Positions 1-10,055 of a stretch of 64,000 bases of DNA are shown one piece after another (position 1 is the first letter of the stretch; each line of letters starts with the position of its first letter). The notes under the pieces are model-generated. The model searched no databases, was not told the DNA's origin, and saw only the letters and a program-made list of their open reading frames with translations. This DNA comes from Gemmatimonadales bacterium (GTDB lineage Bacteria; Gemmatimonadota; Gemmatimonadetes; Gemmatimonadales; GWC2-71-9). The translations under genes were made by a program, and so were the position numbers. Location: the NCBI GenBank assembly GCA_044867445.1, contig JBIOUY010000027.1:18124-82123 (forward strand). The letters are read 5' to 3'.

Positions 1-1
1 G

Positions 2-2107
2 AGGGAAGCCGCACTCATCACGCTGGTGTTGCTCCTGACGGCAGGGGCGCTCGCAGCCCAGGAAAATCCCCGGGTGGTTCGTCAGGTCGCCTTCGAGGGC
101 AATCAAGCGATCACCGACGAAGTCCTCGCGAGCGCGATCAGCACTACGCAGTCCAGCTGGTTTGCCCGCAGCTTCTTCTTCCGTTGGCTCGGTCTCGGCG
201 AGAAGCGGTACTTCGACGAGCAAGAGTTCCGCCGCGACGTCGTCCGGATCGTCGTGCTCTATCGCCGCAGCGGCTATCCCAGGGTGGCGGTCGACACGCT
301 GGTCCGGCGGACTCCCCAGAACGCGTTCATCACCTTTCGAATCAAGGAGGGCGACCCGATCCGGGTGACGGCCTTCGGGGTGATTGGGCTGGACTCGCTT
401 CCCCAGCGAATCCGCGAGTTAGCTGTGGTAGACCTACCCTTGCAGCGGGGCGATCCCTTCAATCGCTACGAGATGCAGGCCACGGCCGACACCCTCACCC
501 GCCGCCTAAAAGATCGCGGATATCCCACGGCGCGGGTCTATTCCAGCTTCGAAACCAATCGGGAGACCGAAACAGCCTCGGTCACGCTGGAAGTCGTGCC
601 GGGCAAGCACGCGGTCATTGGCAATGTCCAGGTCGTTGGTGCCAAGCGGGTGGAGCCCGATCTGGTGCGCAACCTCATGGTCTCGCGCCCCGGCCGGCGG
701 TATTCGCAGGACGAGCTGTTTCAGAGCCAGCGCAACCTGTATCAGTCCGATCTGTTTCGCTTTGCCACGGTCAACATCGACTCCGCCCAGTTTCAAGCCG
801 GCGCTGATTCCGTCCCGCTCCTGGTACAGGTCAACGAAAGCAAACGCCGTCGGATCCGGAGCGGAATCGGCTATGGCACCGAAGACTGCTTCCGCGGCTC
901 GGCTGGGTGGACCTCGCGCAACTTTCTCGGGAGCGGCGGGCGCATCCTCGATCTGACGAGCCGGGTCTCGAAAGTCGGGGTGGGCGATCCGGTCGACTGG
1001 GGGCTCGCGAACAGCATCTGCAGCGCCTCCAAGAACGACACTATCGGCTCGGCCAAGGTAAACTTCTCACTGGGCGCCTCCATCCGGCGGCCGGCCTTTC
1101 TGTCGCCCAACAACACCATTTCGGTGTCGGTGTTCACCGAGCGCCGGTCGGAGTTCAGGGTATATCTCCGGCGGGAGACCGGTACCACGATCACACTCCG
1201 GCGGGAGACACCCCGGCGCCGGCTGCCTCTGTCTTTGGCGTATACCCTCTCCTACGGGCATACCGAGGCGACCCCGGTGAGCTTCTGCGCCTCCTTCAAC
1301 GCCTGCACGGAGGACGTGATCGACCTGCTGCGGCAGAACCGGGTGCTCGCGACCATCACCGCCAACGCCAGCATTCCTCGAACCAACAACCCCATCGATC
1401 CTTCCCGCGGATCGCTGAAGTCGCTCGAGCTCACCGTCAGCTCCAAGCTTCTGGGCTCGGCCTCGTTCCAACAGTTCACCCGGCTGGTGGGTGAAGCCGC
1501 CTGGTATCGGCCACTCGCTCGAGATGTGGTGCTGAGCTGGCGAATCCGGGGCGGAGCCATCTTTGCTCCGCGAGTGGACGTCGCCACCCAGTCGGGCAAC
1601 TTCATTCCACCGGAACAGCGCTTCTATGCCGGCGGGCCCAATGACGTTCGGGGGTTCGACCGCAACGAGCTCGGTCCGGTGGTATACGTGGTTTCTCAGG
1701 AGCACCTTGACAGCGTGGGAGGAGTAGACCGGCTCAATCCGGACTCGGTCCAGGTTTCCGCCACTGGCGGCAACACGCTCACGGTGGGGAATCTCGAGCT
1801 CCGGCTCCCTTCGCCCATCTTCAGTTCCCGGATGCGCCTCGCCGCGTTTGTCGATGCCGGCGGGGTGTGGCAGCGGGGGAGCGGCGGCACGGGGGCCGTT
1901 ATCCGAGTGACGCCGGGCGTCGGGCTGCGACTCAATACACCCCTGGGTCCCGCCCGGCTCGACATCGCCTACAATCCATATAAGCTGCAATCAGGCACGC
2001 TCTTTCAGTTCGACTCGGCGGGCGTGCTGACAGTGGTGCAGGACTCCTACGTCCGCGGTCGTGGCAGCAAGTTCAACTATCACATCGCGGTGGGACAGCC
2101 GTTCTGA
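2..2107 (+). CDS. Omp85/BamA-family outer-membrane beta-barrel protein (TamA-like by synteny); 5' end runs off the window
   Basis: The frame is open from nt 2, and REAALITLVLLLTAGALAAQ looks like a signal peptide whose Met lies upstream. It has POTRA-like N-terminal repeats and a C-terminal barrel ending ...VGQPF (terminal-Phe OMP signature). Its stop overlaps the start of the TamB-like gene (TGATG at 2105-2109). Confidence 0.8.
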   Translation, partial: REAALITLVLLLTAGALAAQENPRVVRQVAFEGNQAITDEVLASAISTTQSSWFARSFFFRWLGLGEKRYFDEQEFRRDVVRIVVLYRRSGYPRVAVDTLVRRTPQNAFITFRIKEGDPIRVTAFGVIGLDSLPQRIRELAVVDLPLQRGDPFNRYEMQATADTLTRRLKDRGYPTARVYSSFETNRETETASVTLEVVPGKHAVIGNVQVVGAKRVEPDLVRNLMVSRPGRRYSQDELFQSQRNLYQSDLFRFATVNIDSAQFQAGADSVPLLVQVNESKRRRIRSGIGYGTEDCFRGSAGWTSRNFLGSGGRILDLTSRVSKVGVGDPVDWGLANSICSASKNDTIGSAKVNFSLGASIRRPAFLSPNNTISVSVFTERRSEFRVYLRRETGTTITLRRETPRRRLPLSLAYTLSYGHTEATPVSFCASFNACTEDVIDLLRQNRVLATITANASIPRTNNPIDPSRGSLKSLELTVSSKLLGSASFQQFTRLVGEAAWYRPLARDVVLSWRIRGGAIFAPRVDVATQSGNFIPPEQRFYAGGPNDVRGFDRNELGPVVYVVSQEHLDSVGGVDRLNPDSVQVSATGGNTLTVGNLELRLPSPIFSSRMRLAAFVDAGGVWQRGSGGTGAVIRVTPGVGLRLNTPLGPARLDIAYNPYKLQSGTLFQFDSAGVLTVVQDSYVRGRGSKFNYHIAVGQPF

Positions 2108-5100
2108 TGCATCGGCGGATCGCGCGGTTCGTGTTCGTCTTTCTGCTCGGCACGCTTGCCATGGTGCTCGGAGTGGTGACGTCCATGACGCTGACGCCGC
2201 CGGGACGCGACCTCCTGGCGCGTACCGTCTCCAAGTTTCTCGATCGGATCGTGACCGGCCAGGTGCAGGTGGGTGCGATCTCCGGCTCGTTCCTGTACGA
2301 TCTCACGCTGGAAAATCTGGTGGTCCGCGACACCAGTGGCGCACTGCTCGGCGATCTGCCGCGCGTGCGGGTGAGCTATCGACTGCCCAATCTGTTGGCC
2401 GGTCAGGTGGTGCTGTCGGGAATCCAGCTCGACCGTCCGGTGATCCAGCTGATCAAGCACCGCAACGGCCGCATGAATTACGAGGAGGTCTTCGGGATAG
2501 GAAAAGGCAAGCCGGGCGGCCGCTCGCCCCTGGTCGAGTTCCACAATGTCCGGGTGAACAACGGCTCACTCCGGATCGCGCTCCCCTGGAATCCGGATCG
2601 CTCGCTGACGACCCAGGAGGCCAAGGACTCCGCCTTTCGCGCCGAGCGAGCCAAGCCCGGCAGGGTGATCGAAGAGAGTTATGAGGGCCGGCGGCGGGTG
2701 ATCGTGCTGGCGGACCTCACTACGAGGATGAGCCGGCTCAGGATCGTCACCCCTGACCACCTGCCGTTCACGGCAGATCTCGACTCTCTCGCCACTCGAG
2801 TGAACGATCCAGCGGTCAGGCTCCGGCATGCGGTGGGACGGCTGCGACTTCGGGGCGACAGCGCGGTGGTCAGCCTGTCACAGGGCGCGTTACCCGATAC
2901 TCGCTTCTCCGGCGGCGGCGCGATCACCTGGCCGCACGACACCATCCTGTTCGATTTCCAGATGAACGCGACCCACCTGAATCTGGACGATTTCCGGTGG
3001 GTCTCGCCCGACTTCCCCTCGATGACGGGTCAGGCCGTTCTCACCGCCCGCTCGGAAACCGGGGCGCGCACCGCGTACGACATCCGCAATCTGCATCTCC
3101 GAGCCGGAGCCCAACGCATCGACGGCGACCTGGTCGCGCTCACCGACAAGAAGCGCGGCCTGGGCGTCCGCGACATGCGGCTGACGCTTCGGGACCTCGA
3201 TCTCGATGTCGTGCGGCCCTATCTCGACAGCCTCCCGTTCTACGGCACGATCACCGGCAACGTCGCCGGAACGGGATATCTGGACGCGCTTCGGGTGAAT
3301 GTCGACTTCGCCTTCGCCGACGCGCGGGTCCCTGGTGTACCGGTGAGTACCATCGCAGGCGAGGGAGGAGTCGGCGCGGCCCGGGACAGCGGGCTCACCT
3401 TTACCGGCTTCGCGGTGCGCCGCTCCAATATCGATCTCCATACGGTTCGGCGAATCGCGCCCGCGGTCATTCTCGAGGGGCGGCTCTCGGCGGTGGGAAC
3501 CCTCAACGGGCCGCTGCGAAACGTAACTTTCGGCGGGGTGCTTCAGCATCAGGACGAGGACCGTCCCGCGAGCCGCGCCACCGGCCGGGTGCATCTGGAC
3601 ACCCGGTTCGACACCCTGGGCCTCGCCACCGACGTGAATTTCGATCCGCTCTCTTTCGATGGGATCCGGCGCGCCTTTCCGTCGCTGCGTACCAGCGGCG
3701 AGGTGCGCGGACGATTCCAGAGCGAGGGGAAGCTCTCGCACCTGATGGTTGACGCGTCGCTCAATGGTGACATCGGCTCGGTCACCGCCCGAGGATCGGT
3801 CACGCTCACGCCGCCCAAATGGGGTGCCGAACGGCTGCTGCTCCGCTTCTCCCGCCTGGACCTCGCCGCACTCACCGGGCGGAGACTCCGAACCTCGTTG
3901 GATGGTCAATTGCAGACCACGGGCAGCATCGACACCCTGCGCGCCCCCGAGGGAGAGCTGGAGCTCACGCTCGCTCGAAGCCGGGTCCGCGAATGGGAGC
4001 TGGATAGTGTCTTCGCCCGAGCCGGAGTCCATGACAGTGTGATCCGGGTGGATACTGCGTATGCCGGCTGGAAGGGTGCCCGGGCCGTCGGGTCCGGCTC
4101 GCTGGGATGGCGGGCACCCCACTCCGGCAACATGACGGTATCGCTGGTGGCTGACAGCTTGATCGGTTTCGACTCTCTCCTTCTCGCCGTGACCGGTCAG
4201 AAGCGGGATAGCTCCCCGGAGTCGAGACCACTGGGCGGCACTGCGCAGAGCGACATGCAGCTCGCCGGCAGTCTGGATTCGCTCGTGGCACAAGGTCAGC
4301 TCGCCATCAACCGGTTCGAGTGGCAGCGGATCCACTCGCCCCGGATCACCGGGACTTTCCACTGGATCGGGGGCCATCGGCCGCAGCTCACGGCCGCCGT
4401 GAGCTCCGACTCGATCACGATGCAGAAGTGGGCGTTCCATCGCACCGCTGGAGAGGTGCAAGGCTTCGCGGATTCCCTGAGATGGACCGCGGGAAGCAGT
4501 TTGGGAAGCTCCATCCGGGTGGACGGATCGGGTCAATGGTATGAACGGGGAGACTCCCTGCTGCTTGGGGTGGATACCCTGCTGGCCGTATTGCCGGCCC
4601 ACCACTACCGCCTGGTGAGGCCGGCGTCAGTGGCATTCCACGACTCGACCGAGACCATCCGGGCACTGGCGCTTCAGGCAACCGACGGCTCCGGCGTGAT
4701 GCGGGTCTCAGGAACGGTGCCGGCCAAACGGCCGGGCGCGCTCGCCATCGAGGTCGTGGGCCTCGACTTGCACGATCTCTACGGAATTCTCCAGCGCGAC
4801 ACGCTGGGCGTGGCCGGAGATCTTGGTTTGGATCTGCAGGTCGGCGGCACCGCCACCGCGCCGACCCTTCGGGGAAGCGCCAAGCTGGCGGACAGCCGAT
4901 TCGGCGACTTCCAGGCGCCGTTCATCCAGGGCGTGGTGAACTACGAGGGCCATCGGCTCGATGCCAATCTTGATCTCTGGCGCACCGGTGAGGACATCCT
5001 GCAGGTAGCGGCCCATCTCCCGATGGACCTTGCCCTGAGTGGCGCGGAGAAGCGGCTCCTCGACGGCGCCATCTCGGTCCGCGCGCACACCGACAGCGTC

Positions 5101-6504
5101 GATCTGGGCTTGCTCGAGGCCCTCACACCAGCGGTAACCCGGGTGGATGGAATGCTGGCGGCCGACGTTCAGATCGCCGGCACCTGGAAGACTCCCCGGC
5201 TCGCGGGCAGTCTCGCGGTACGCAACGGCAGTATGTCCGTTCCCGGGCTGGGGGTGCGGTTCGGCAGCGTGAAGGGTGGCGCCGTGCTCCAGGGCGACTC
5301 GGTGCTGCTTCGGGATGTGCGGCTCACCAGCGGAGGGGGCGATCTGGACATCACCGGATCGATCTGGCTCGAGGACCTCTCCCGCCCCGTCTTGGACCTG
5401 GGATTCCGGGCGGCACAGTTCCGGGCCATCGACGTACGCAACTTCCTGACCCTGATCGCGACTGGGGATCTGCAGCTCATTGGCCCGGTGTTTCATTCGA
5501 CCCTGACCGGCAATCTCACCGCCAACCACGGCGTGCTGTACTTTGCCGACCTGGTCAATAAGCGGGTCATCGATTTAGAGGACCCCTCGATTGCCGACCT
5601 GGTCGACACGACGCTTATCCGCAAGGAGAACCTGGGGAACAAGTTCCAGAACCGCTTCCTGGACTCGCTCAGGATCAACGATCTTCGCCTCGCGATGGGC
5701 TCCGACGTCTGGCTCCGCTCGGGCGAGGCCAACATTCAGCTCGAGGGAAGTGTGCGAGTGAGCAAGGCGGAACAGCAGTATACCCCGACCGGCACGCTCA
5801 GTGCCCCGCGGGGCACTTATACCCTGAAGATCGGGCCCGTGACTCGGGACTTCACGGTAGACAAGGGTGAAGTGCAGTACATCGGGAATCTCAACGCCAA
5901 CCTCAATATCCAGGCCCGCCACACGGTGCGTGCGATCCGGGGCGACGAGATCCCCGTCATCGCCGATATCACGGGCACGCTCTACGCGCCCAAGCTCACC
6001 CTGGAGAGCACCATCCGTCCCCCCATTTCGGAGACAGATCTGGTCTCCTACCTCATCACCGGTTATCCAGCGAACGAGGCCACGCTGGTCGGGCAGGGCA
6101 ACGCGCTCGCGACCGGGCTCTCCTATTTCTCCAGCGCACTCTCCAGTGAGCTGGAACGGGCGCTGATCCAGGACCTCGGCGTTCCGATCGATCTGATCGA
6201 GATCCGGCCTGGAGTTTCTTCCAGTCCTGCGGGCGGCGGCTCGTTCACCCAGCTCGCGGCCGGATGGCAGATCGGGAAGAAGACCTTCCTCACCTTCAAC
6301 GCCGGCTTTTGTCCCGACCTCAGTCAGTTGAGTCATCGGAACCTTGGCGCCAGTCTGGAGTTCCGTTTCAGCCATGAGTGGAAGCTGCAGAGCAACCTGG
6401 AGCCGAGCTTCCAATCCTGTAACGGTGTAGTTCGGGTCACCAACCTCACCACCTTCAATCCCTACCAGGTCGGATTTGACATCCTCTGGGAACGGGAGTT
6501 CTGA
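2107..6504 (+). CDS. tamB: TamB-like translocation and assembly module protein (AsmA-like/DUF490 family)
   Basis: 1465 aa with an N-terminal membrane anchor (FVFVFLLGTLAMVLGVV). It has a long beta-rich repetitive body and a C-terminus ...FDILWEREF. It is translationally coupled to the upstream Omp85 gene. Confidence 0.8.
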   Translation: MHRRIARFVFVFLLGTLAMVLGVVTSMTLTPPGRDLLARTVSKFLDRIVTGQVQVGAISGSFLYDLTLENLVVRDTSGALLGDLPRVRVSYRLPNLLAGQVVLSGIQLDRPVIQLIKHRNGRMNYEEVFGIGKGKPGGRSPLVEFHNVRVNNGSLRIALPWNPDRSLTTQEAKDSAFRAERAKPGRVIEESYEGRRRVIVLADLTTRMSRLRIVTPDHLPFTADLDSLATRVNDPAVRLRHAVGRLRLRGDSAVVSLSQGALPDTRFSGGGAITWPHDTILFDFQMNATHLNLDDFRWVSPDFPSMTGQAVLTARSETGARTAYDIRNLHLRAGAQRIDGDLVALTDKKRGLGVRDMRLTLRDLDLDVVRPYLDSLPFYGTITGNVAGTGYLDALRVNVDFAFADARVPGVPVSTIAGEGGVGAARDSGLTFTGFAVRRSNIDLHTVRRIAPAVILEGRLSAVGTLNGPLRNVTFGGVLQHQDEDRPASRATGRVHLDTRFDTLGLATDVNFDPLSFDGIRRAFPSLRTSGEVRGRFQSEGKLSHLMVDASLNGDIGSVTARGSVTLTPPKWGAERLLLRFSRLDLAALTGRRLRTSLDGQLQTTGSIDTLRAPEGELELTLARSRVREWELDSVFARAGVHDSVIRVDTAYAGWKGARAVGSGSLGWRAPHSGNMTVSLVADSLIGFDSLLLAVTGQKRDSSPESRPLGGTAQSDMQLAGSLDSLVAQGQLAINRFEWQRIHSPRITGTFHWIGGHRPQLTAAVSSDSITMQKWAFHRTAGEVQGFADSLRWTAGSSLGSSIRVDGSGQWYERGDSLLLGVDTLLAVLPAHHYRLVRPASVAFHDSTETIRALALQATDGSGVMRVSGTVPAKRPGALAIEVVGLDLHDLYGILQRDTLGVAGDLGLDLQVGGTATAPTLRGSAKLADSRFGDFQAPFIQGVVNYEGHRLDANLDLWRTGEDILQVAAHLPMDLALSGAEKRLLDGAISVRAHTDSVDLGLLEALTPAVTRVDGMLAADVQIAGTWKTPRLAGSLAVRNGSMSVPGLGVRFGSVKGGAVLQGDSVLLRDVRLTSGGGDLDITGSIWLEDLSRPVLDLGFRAAQFRAIDVRNFLTLIATGDLQLIGPVFHSTLTGNLTANHGVLYFADLVNKRVIDLEDPSIADLVDTTLIRKENLGNKFQNRFLDSLRINDLRLAMGSDVWLRSGEANIQLEGSVRVSKAEQQYTPTGTLSAPRGTYTLKIGPVTRDFTVDKGEVQYIGNLNANLNIQARHTVRAIRGDEIPVIADITGTLYAPKLTLESTIRPPISETDLVSYLITGYPANEATLVGQGNALATGLSYFSSALSSELERALIQDLGVPIDLIEIRPGVSSSPAGGGSFTQLAAGWQIGKKTFLTFNAGFCPDLSQLSHRNLGASLEFRFSHEWKLQSNLEPSFQSCNGVVRVTNLTTFNPYQVGFDILWEREF

Positions 6505-6505
6505 C

Positions 6506-7411
6506 GTGCCCAGGGTACTGGTCATCACCAATCCCGCCGCCGCGCGGACCCGCCAGGGTGCCGTAGACGCGGTGATGCGCACGCTCCACTCCTCCGGCTG
6601 GAGCGCCGAAGTGCTTGCCACCGGCGGTCCGGGCGATGCTCGACGCCTGGCGGAGTACGGGGTAGCCGAAGGGGTGGAGACCGTCGCCGTGTTCGGGGGT
6701 GACGGGACCACGATGCAGGCAGCCGCGGCACTGGTGGGCACGGAGGTCAAGCTCGGGGTCATTCCCGGAGGCACCGGGAATCTCCTGGCGGGAAATCTCC
6801 GAATTCCGGCCTCTCCGGCGCGTGCCGCGCGAGTGCTTGTCGCAGGGCGGCCGCGACCGTTCGATCTGGGGAGAATGGAGCGGAATACCGGCGTGGAGTA
6901 CTTCGCGGTGGCCTGTGGTGCGGGATACGACGCCCGAGTGATGGCGGGGACGCAGTCGGTGCACAAGCAGCGCTGGGGCATGGCAGCCTACGTCGCAACG
7001 ACGCTTCGGCTGATGGGTGAGATCCGAAGCACGGCCCACATCATCACCATCGACGGGGTGGAGTACGACGCCAATGCCGCTATGGTGCTCATCGCCAATT
7101 GTGGCGAGGTCATTCCGCCGTACGTGCGGTTGCGATCGGGGATCCGCCCGGATGATGGACTCCTGGACGTCGTGGTCATGCGGGCCAACAGCCTGGGGCA
7201 GAGCGTCCGGGCGGTGTGGGATCTGCTTCGGGACGCACCCGGCGTGGCCGGAGAAGACACCTTTGTGGGTTATGCCCAGGGCCGGGAGATCAGGGTGGAA
7301 ACCGAGCCGGTGCAACCAGTTCAACTCGACGGCGAGCCCGGAGGGGAGACCCCCTTTACCGTACGGGTGGTTCCTGGGGCAATCCGAATCATGGTGCCTT
7401 CGGCGGCGTGA
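6506..7411 (+). CDS. diacylglycerol/lipid kinase family protein (YegS/BmrU-like)
   Basis: VAVFGGDGT catalytic-domain motif. I moved the start to the GTG at 6506, just after the tamB stop at 6502-6504. Confidence 0.8.
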   Translation: MPRVLVITNPAAARTRQGAVDAVMRTLHSSGWSAEVLATGGPGDARRLAEYGVAEGVETVAVFGGDGTTMQAAAALVGTEVKLGVIPGGTGNLLAGNLRIPASPARAARVLVAGRPRPFDLGRMERNTGVEYFAVACGAGYDARVMAGTQSVHKQRWGMAAYVATTLRLMGEIRSTAHIITIDGVEYDANAAMVLIANCGEVIPPYVRLRSGIRPDDGLLDVVVMRANSLGQSVRAVWDLLRDAPGVAGEDTFVGYAQGREIRVETEPVQPVQLDGEPGGETPFTVRVVPGAIRIMVPSAA

Positions 7412-7530
7412 GGCATGGCGCAGATCGAGCGACTGTTTAATTTCTAGAGGGCTCCGCTGTCGTCCCTCGCAAGCAGGCCGCTCGCTTGGCGCGGGATGAC
7501 CCTCTCGAGGTCCTCACATCAGGTATCCCA

Positions 7531-8877
7531 ATGGCCGGATCGGTCCTCCTCATCGACGATGATGTCGACGTCCTGCGCAGCATCGGAAGCTATTTCGAGC
7601 GCCTCGGTTACGAGGTCACTCGCGAGCTGAGCGGAGAGGCGGGGCTGGCCACTTTCGACCGATTGCGGCCGGAGGTGGTCATCCTCGATCTCAGGCTTCC
7701 AGGCATGAATGGAATGGAGGTCCTGGAGGAGCTGCGGCAGCGGGATGCCGCCTGCATTCTTCTCACCGGTGAAGGCGACGTGCCCACCGCGGTGCGCGCG
7801 ATGCAGCTCGGTGCGGAGAACTTCCTCACCAAGCCGGTGGATATGGAACACCTGGCGGCGGCCACCGCCCGGGTGGCCGACAAGGCTCGACTCCGCCGGA
7901 TCAACGAAGCCCTGCTGGTTCAGAGCGCACCGGGACACGGCCTCGACTCGCTGGGCACCTCCTCGGGCATGCAGGATTTCGCCCACCAGGTCGCGCTCCT
8001 GGCTCAAAGCGAACGCACCACGGTGCTCCTGACCGGCGAGAGTGGTACGGGCAAGGGGTGGGTGGCCCGCATGATCCATGACCTGAGCCCGCGGGCCAAG
8101 GCCCCCTTCGTCGAAGTCAACTGCGCCGGGCTCAACGCGACCTTCCTCGACTCTGAGCTCTTCGGCCACGAGAAAGGCGCGTTCACCGACGCCAAGGACC
8201 GGAAGCAAGGATTGTTCGAGATTGCCGACCACGGGACCATCTTCCTCGACGAGATCGGCGATTTGGCTCCCGAGCTTCAGCCCAAGCTCTTGAAGGTGCT
8301 CGAGACCAAGACCTTCCGCCGACTCGGCGGCACCCGCGAGATCACCGTAGACGTCCGTCTGGTCGCGGCCACCAACAAGAACCTGCAGAGCGAGGTCGAA
8401 GAGACCCGTTTTCGGGAAGATCTCTACTACCGGTTGAGCGTCATGCCGCTCATGCTGCCAGCCGTGCGGGACCGCTCCCGGGAGGACCGGCTGTCGCTCA
8501 TCACCAGGCTCATGAGCGATCTTCGCGCCGAGCTTCCCGATGGCCCCGCCACCCTCTCGAGCGAGGTGCTCGAGCGGCTCCTGGCATACGGTTGGCCGGG
8601 GAACGTGCGGGAGATGCGGAATGTGCTGGAACGGGCCCTCATCCTGGGTCGCGGCCAGGGCGCAGTGAGCGTCGAGCACCTTCCGGGAGAGTTCCGAGCC
8701 CGGCCCGGCATTGGTGATCGCCGGCACACACCCCTCAGCCTGGAAGATCTTGAGCGGCAGCACATCGAGCGGACCCTGAAGCACCACACCGGCAATCGTA
8801 CCCGCGCAGCCATTGAGCTCGGCATTTCGCGGGCGACGCTGATCAACAAGATCAAGCGGTACAACCTCACTTCCTGA
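7531..8877 (+). CDS. sigma-54-dependent response regulator (NtrC family)
   Basis: REC domain (LLIDDD...DLRLPGMNG). AAA+ domain with GESGTGKG Walker A and the GAFTDA (GAFTGA-type) sigma-54 contact loop. C-terminal Fis-type HTH. Start set at the ATG at 7531 (MAGSVLLIDDD). Confidence 0.9.
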   Translation: MAGSVLLIDDDVDVLRSIGSYFERLGYEVTRELSGEAGLATFDRLRPEVVILDLRLPGMNGMEVLEELRQRDAACILLTGEGDVPTAVRAMQLGAENFLTKPVDMEHLAAATARVADKARLRRINEALLVQSAPGHGLDSLGTSSGMQDFAHQVALLAQSERTTVLLTGESGTGKGWVARMIHDLSPRAKAPFVEVNCAGLNATFLDSELFGHEKGAFTDAKDRKQGLFEIADHGTIFLDEIGDLAPELQPKLLKVLETKTFRRLGGTREITVDVRLVAATNKNLQSEVEETRFREDLYYRLSVMPLMLPAVRDRSREDRLSLITRLMSDLRAELPDGPATLSSEVLERLLAYGWPGNVREMRNVLERALILGRGQGAVSVEHLPGEFRARPGIGDRRHTPLSLEDLERQHIERTLKHHTGNRTRAAIELGISRATLINKIKRYNLTS

Positions 8878-8883
8878 GGCATC

Positions 8884-9069
8884 GTGGCCGACATTCAGGA
8901 GCGCGATGCTATGGTGTGCCGAGCCTGCGGTCGGGAGGAACGGGCGTCGGAAGGCTACCCCTGTCAGGGATGCGGGACCTTCCTCTGTCTGATCTGCACC
9001 TTTCGCGGAGTGACCCTCTGCCAGGCGTGCGCAGCCAAGGCCGCCGCCGGTCCCGCGCCGGATTCCTGA
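8884..9069 (+). CDS. small Cys-rich (double CxxC zinc-ribbon-like) protein
   Basis: 61 aa carrying the pairs CRAC, CQGC, CLIC and CQAC. It fills the only gap between two plus-strand genes. There is no homology I can name. Confidence 0.5.
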   Translation: MADIQERDAMVCRACGREERASEGYPCQGCGTFLCLICTFRGVTLCQACAAKAAAGPAPDS

Positions 9070-9114
9070 GTCCCACCCACACCCCACCCATCGAACCGCC
9101 CCTCGGTCAGCCCC

Positions 9115-9903
9115 GTGAGCTCCGCCGCCATCGCCCACTCCGGCATCGCTCCCTTTCTCGCCGAGCCAAGCCTGCGATCGGAGCAGGTGACTCAGCTCGT
9201 CATGGGAGAGACGGCAACCATCATGGAGCGCTCGGGTGAATGGCGGCGAGCTCGCACCCGGATGGATGGCTATGACGGGTGGGTTCACCAGGGCTACATC
9301 ATCGAGACGGATGAGGACGCGATGGAGACCTGGGAGGAAGAAGCAGATGGCTGGAGTCTGGGCGCCATGCTGCAGCTGGGAACTCAACGGCTGCGTCTGC
9401 CGCTCCGGGCGCGGGTCGTGCTGGAAGATCAGGGCGTGCGACTCCCGGACGGCCGGCGCGGGCGGGTCGTGGAAGGTACGGTTCCGCCGCGCTCGGAAGG
9501 CATTACCGCTGCCCGGGCCAAGGCACCGGAGCGGTGGGCCATCGAACACTTTGCTGGAGCGCCTTACCTCTGGGGTGGGGTGACCCCCGCAGGAGTGGAC
9601 TGCTCCGGCCTGATCCAGACCACGTTTGCCGCTCGGGGAATTTCCCTGCCGCGGGACTCGGCTCAGCAGGTCGAGTGTGGCATCCCAGTCCCGATCGACG
9701 GCGGACACCCGGGTGATTTGCTCTTTTTTCGGGGAGATGTGGGCCGCCGGATCACCCATGTCGCCTTCGCGGGGGATGCTGACACCCTGGTGCACTCGAG
9801 CGTTGCCAACGGCGAGACGTTGGTCGAGCCCTGGCTCCCGGGCACCCGCGCCGCGTATTTGCGCGAGCGGTTGGTGGCGGTGAGGAGGCTAGAGGAAAGA
9901 TGA
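9115..9903 (+). CDS. NlpC/P60 (C40) cell-wall peptidase with N-terminal SH3b-like region
   Basis: Catalytic Cys motif GVDCSGLIQ and downstream His (ITHVAF...VHSS). GTG start. Confidence 0.8.
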   Translation: MSSAAIAHSGIAPFLAEPSLRSEQVTQLVMGETATIMERSGEWRRARTRMDGYDGWVHQGYIIETDEDAMETWEEEADGWSLGAMLQLGTQRLRLPLRARVVLEDQGVRLPDGRRGRVVEGTVPPRSEGITAARAKAPERWAIEHFAGAPYLWGGVTPAGVDCSGLIQTTFAARGISLPRDSAQQVECGIPVPIDGGHPGDLLFFRGDVGRRITHVAFAGDADTLVHSSVANGETLVEPWLPGTRAAYLRERLVAVRRLEER

Positions 9904-9914
9904 GGGTGGCTAAT

Positions 9915-10047
9915 CTAACAGCTAACAGCTAACAGCTAACAGCTAACAGCTAACAGCTAACAGCGGCGCCCTGGCTGCAGCGTCCGCTGCCTGGTCTGGC
10001 GATCTCGTCCAACGCGGACTGTTAGCTGTCAGCCGTTAGCCGTTAGC
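9915..10047. repeat. paired inverted tandem-array module A (CTAACAG x7, spacer, CTGTTAG/CCGTTAG-type arm)
   Basis: Seven perfect CTAACAG units at 9915-9963. The complementary arm ctgttagctgtcagccgttagccgttagc lies at 10019-10047. The module starts 12 nt after the P60 stop and ends 9 nt before the HAD start. Confidence 0.9.
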
Positions 10048-10055
10048 TTCTGTTC

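Noticed and set aside
2-6504. The Omp85 plus giant downstream protein as a novel secretion system.
   Set aside because: The pairing, sizes, membrane anchor and C-terminal motifs match the known TamA/TamB (translocation and assembly module) arrangement.
7519-9795. The 758-aa minus-strand ORF. The same applies to similar long antisense ORFs at 1067-1990, 2890-4605, 5575-6981, 20208-21473, 24761-26407, 37687-39303, 45500-46834, 47990-49441 and 55674-56582.
   Set aside because: They lie antisense to genes with clear family motifs, and some span several such genes. Their sequences are low-complexity and Arg/Gly/Pro-rich. These are the shadow ORFs expected in high-GC DNA.
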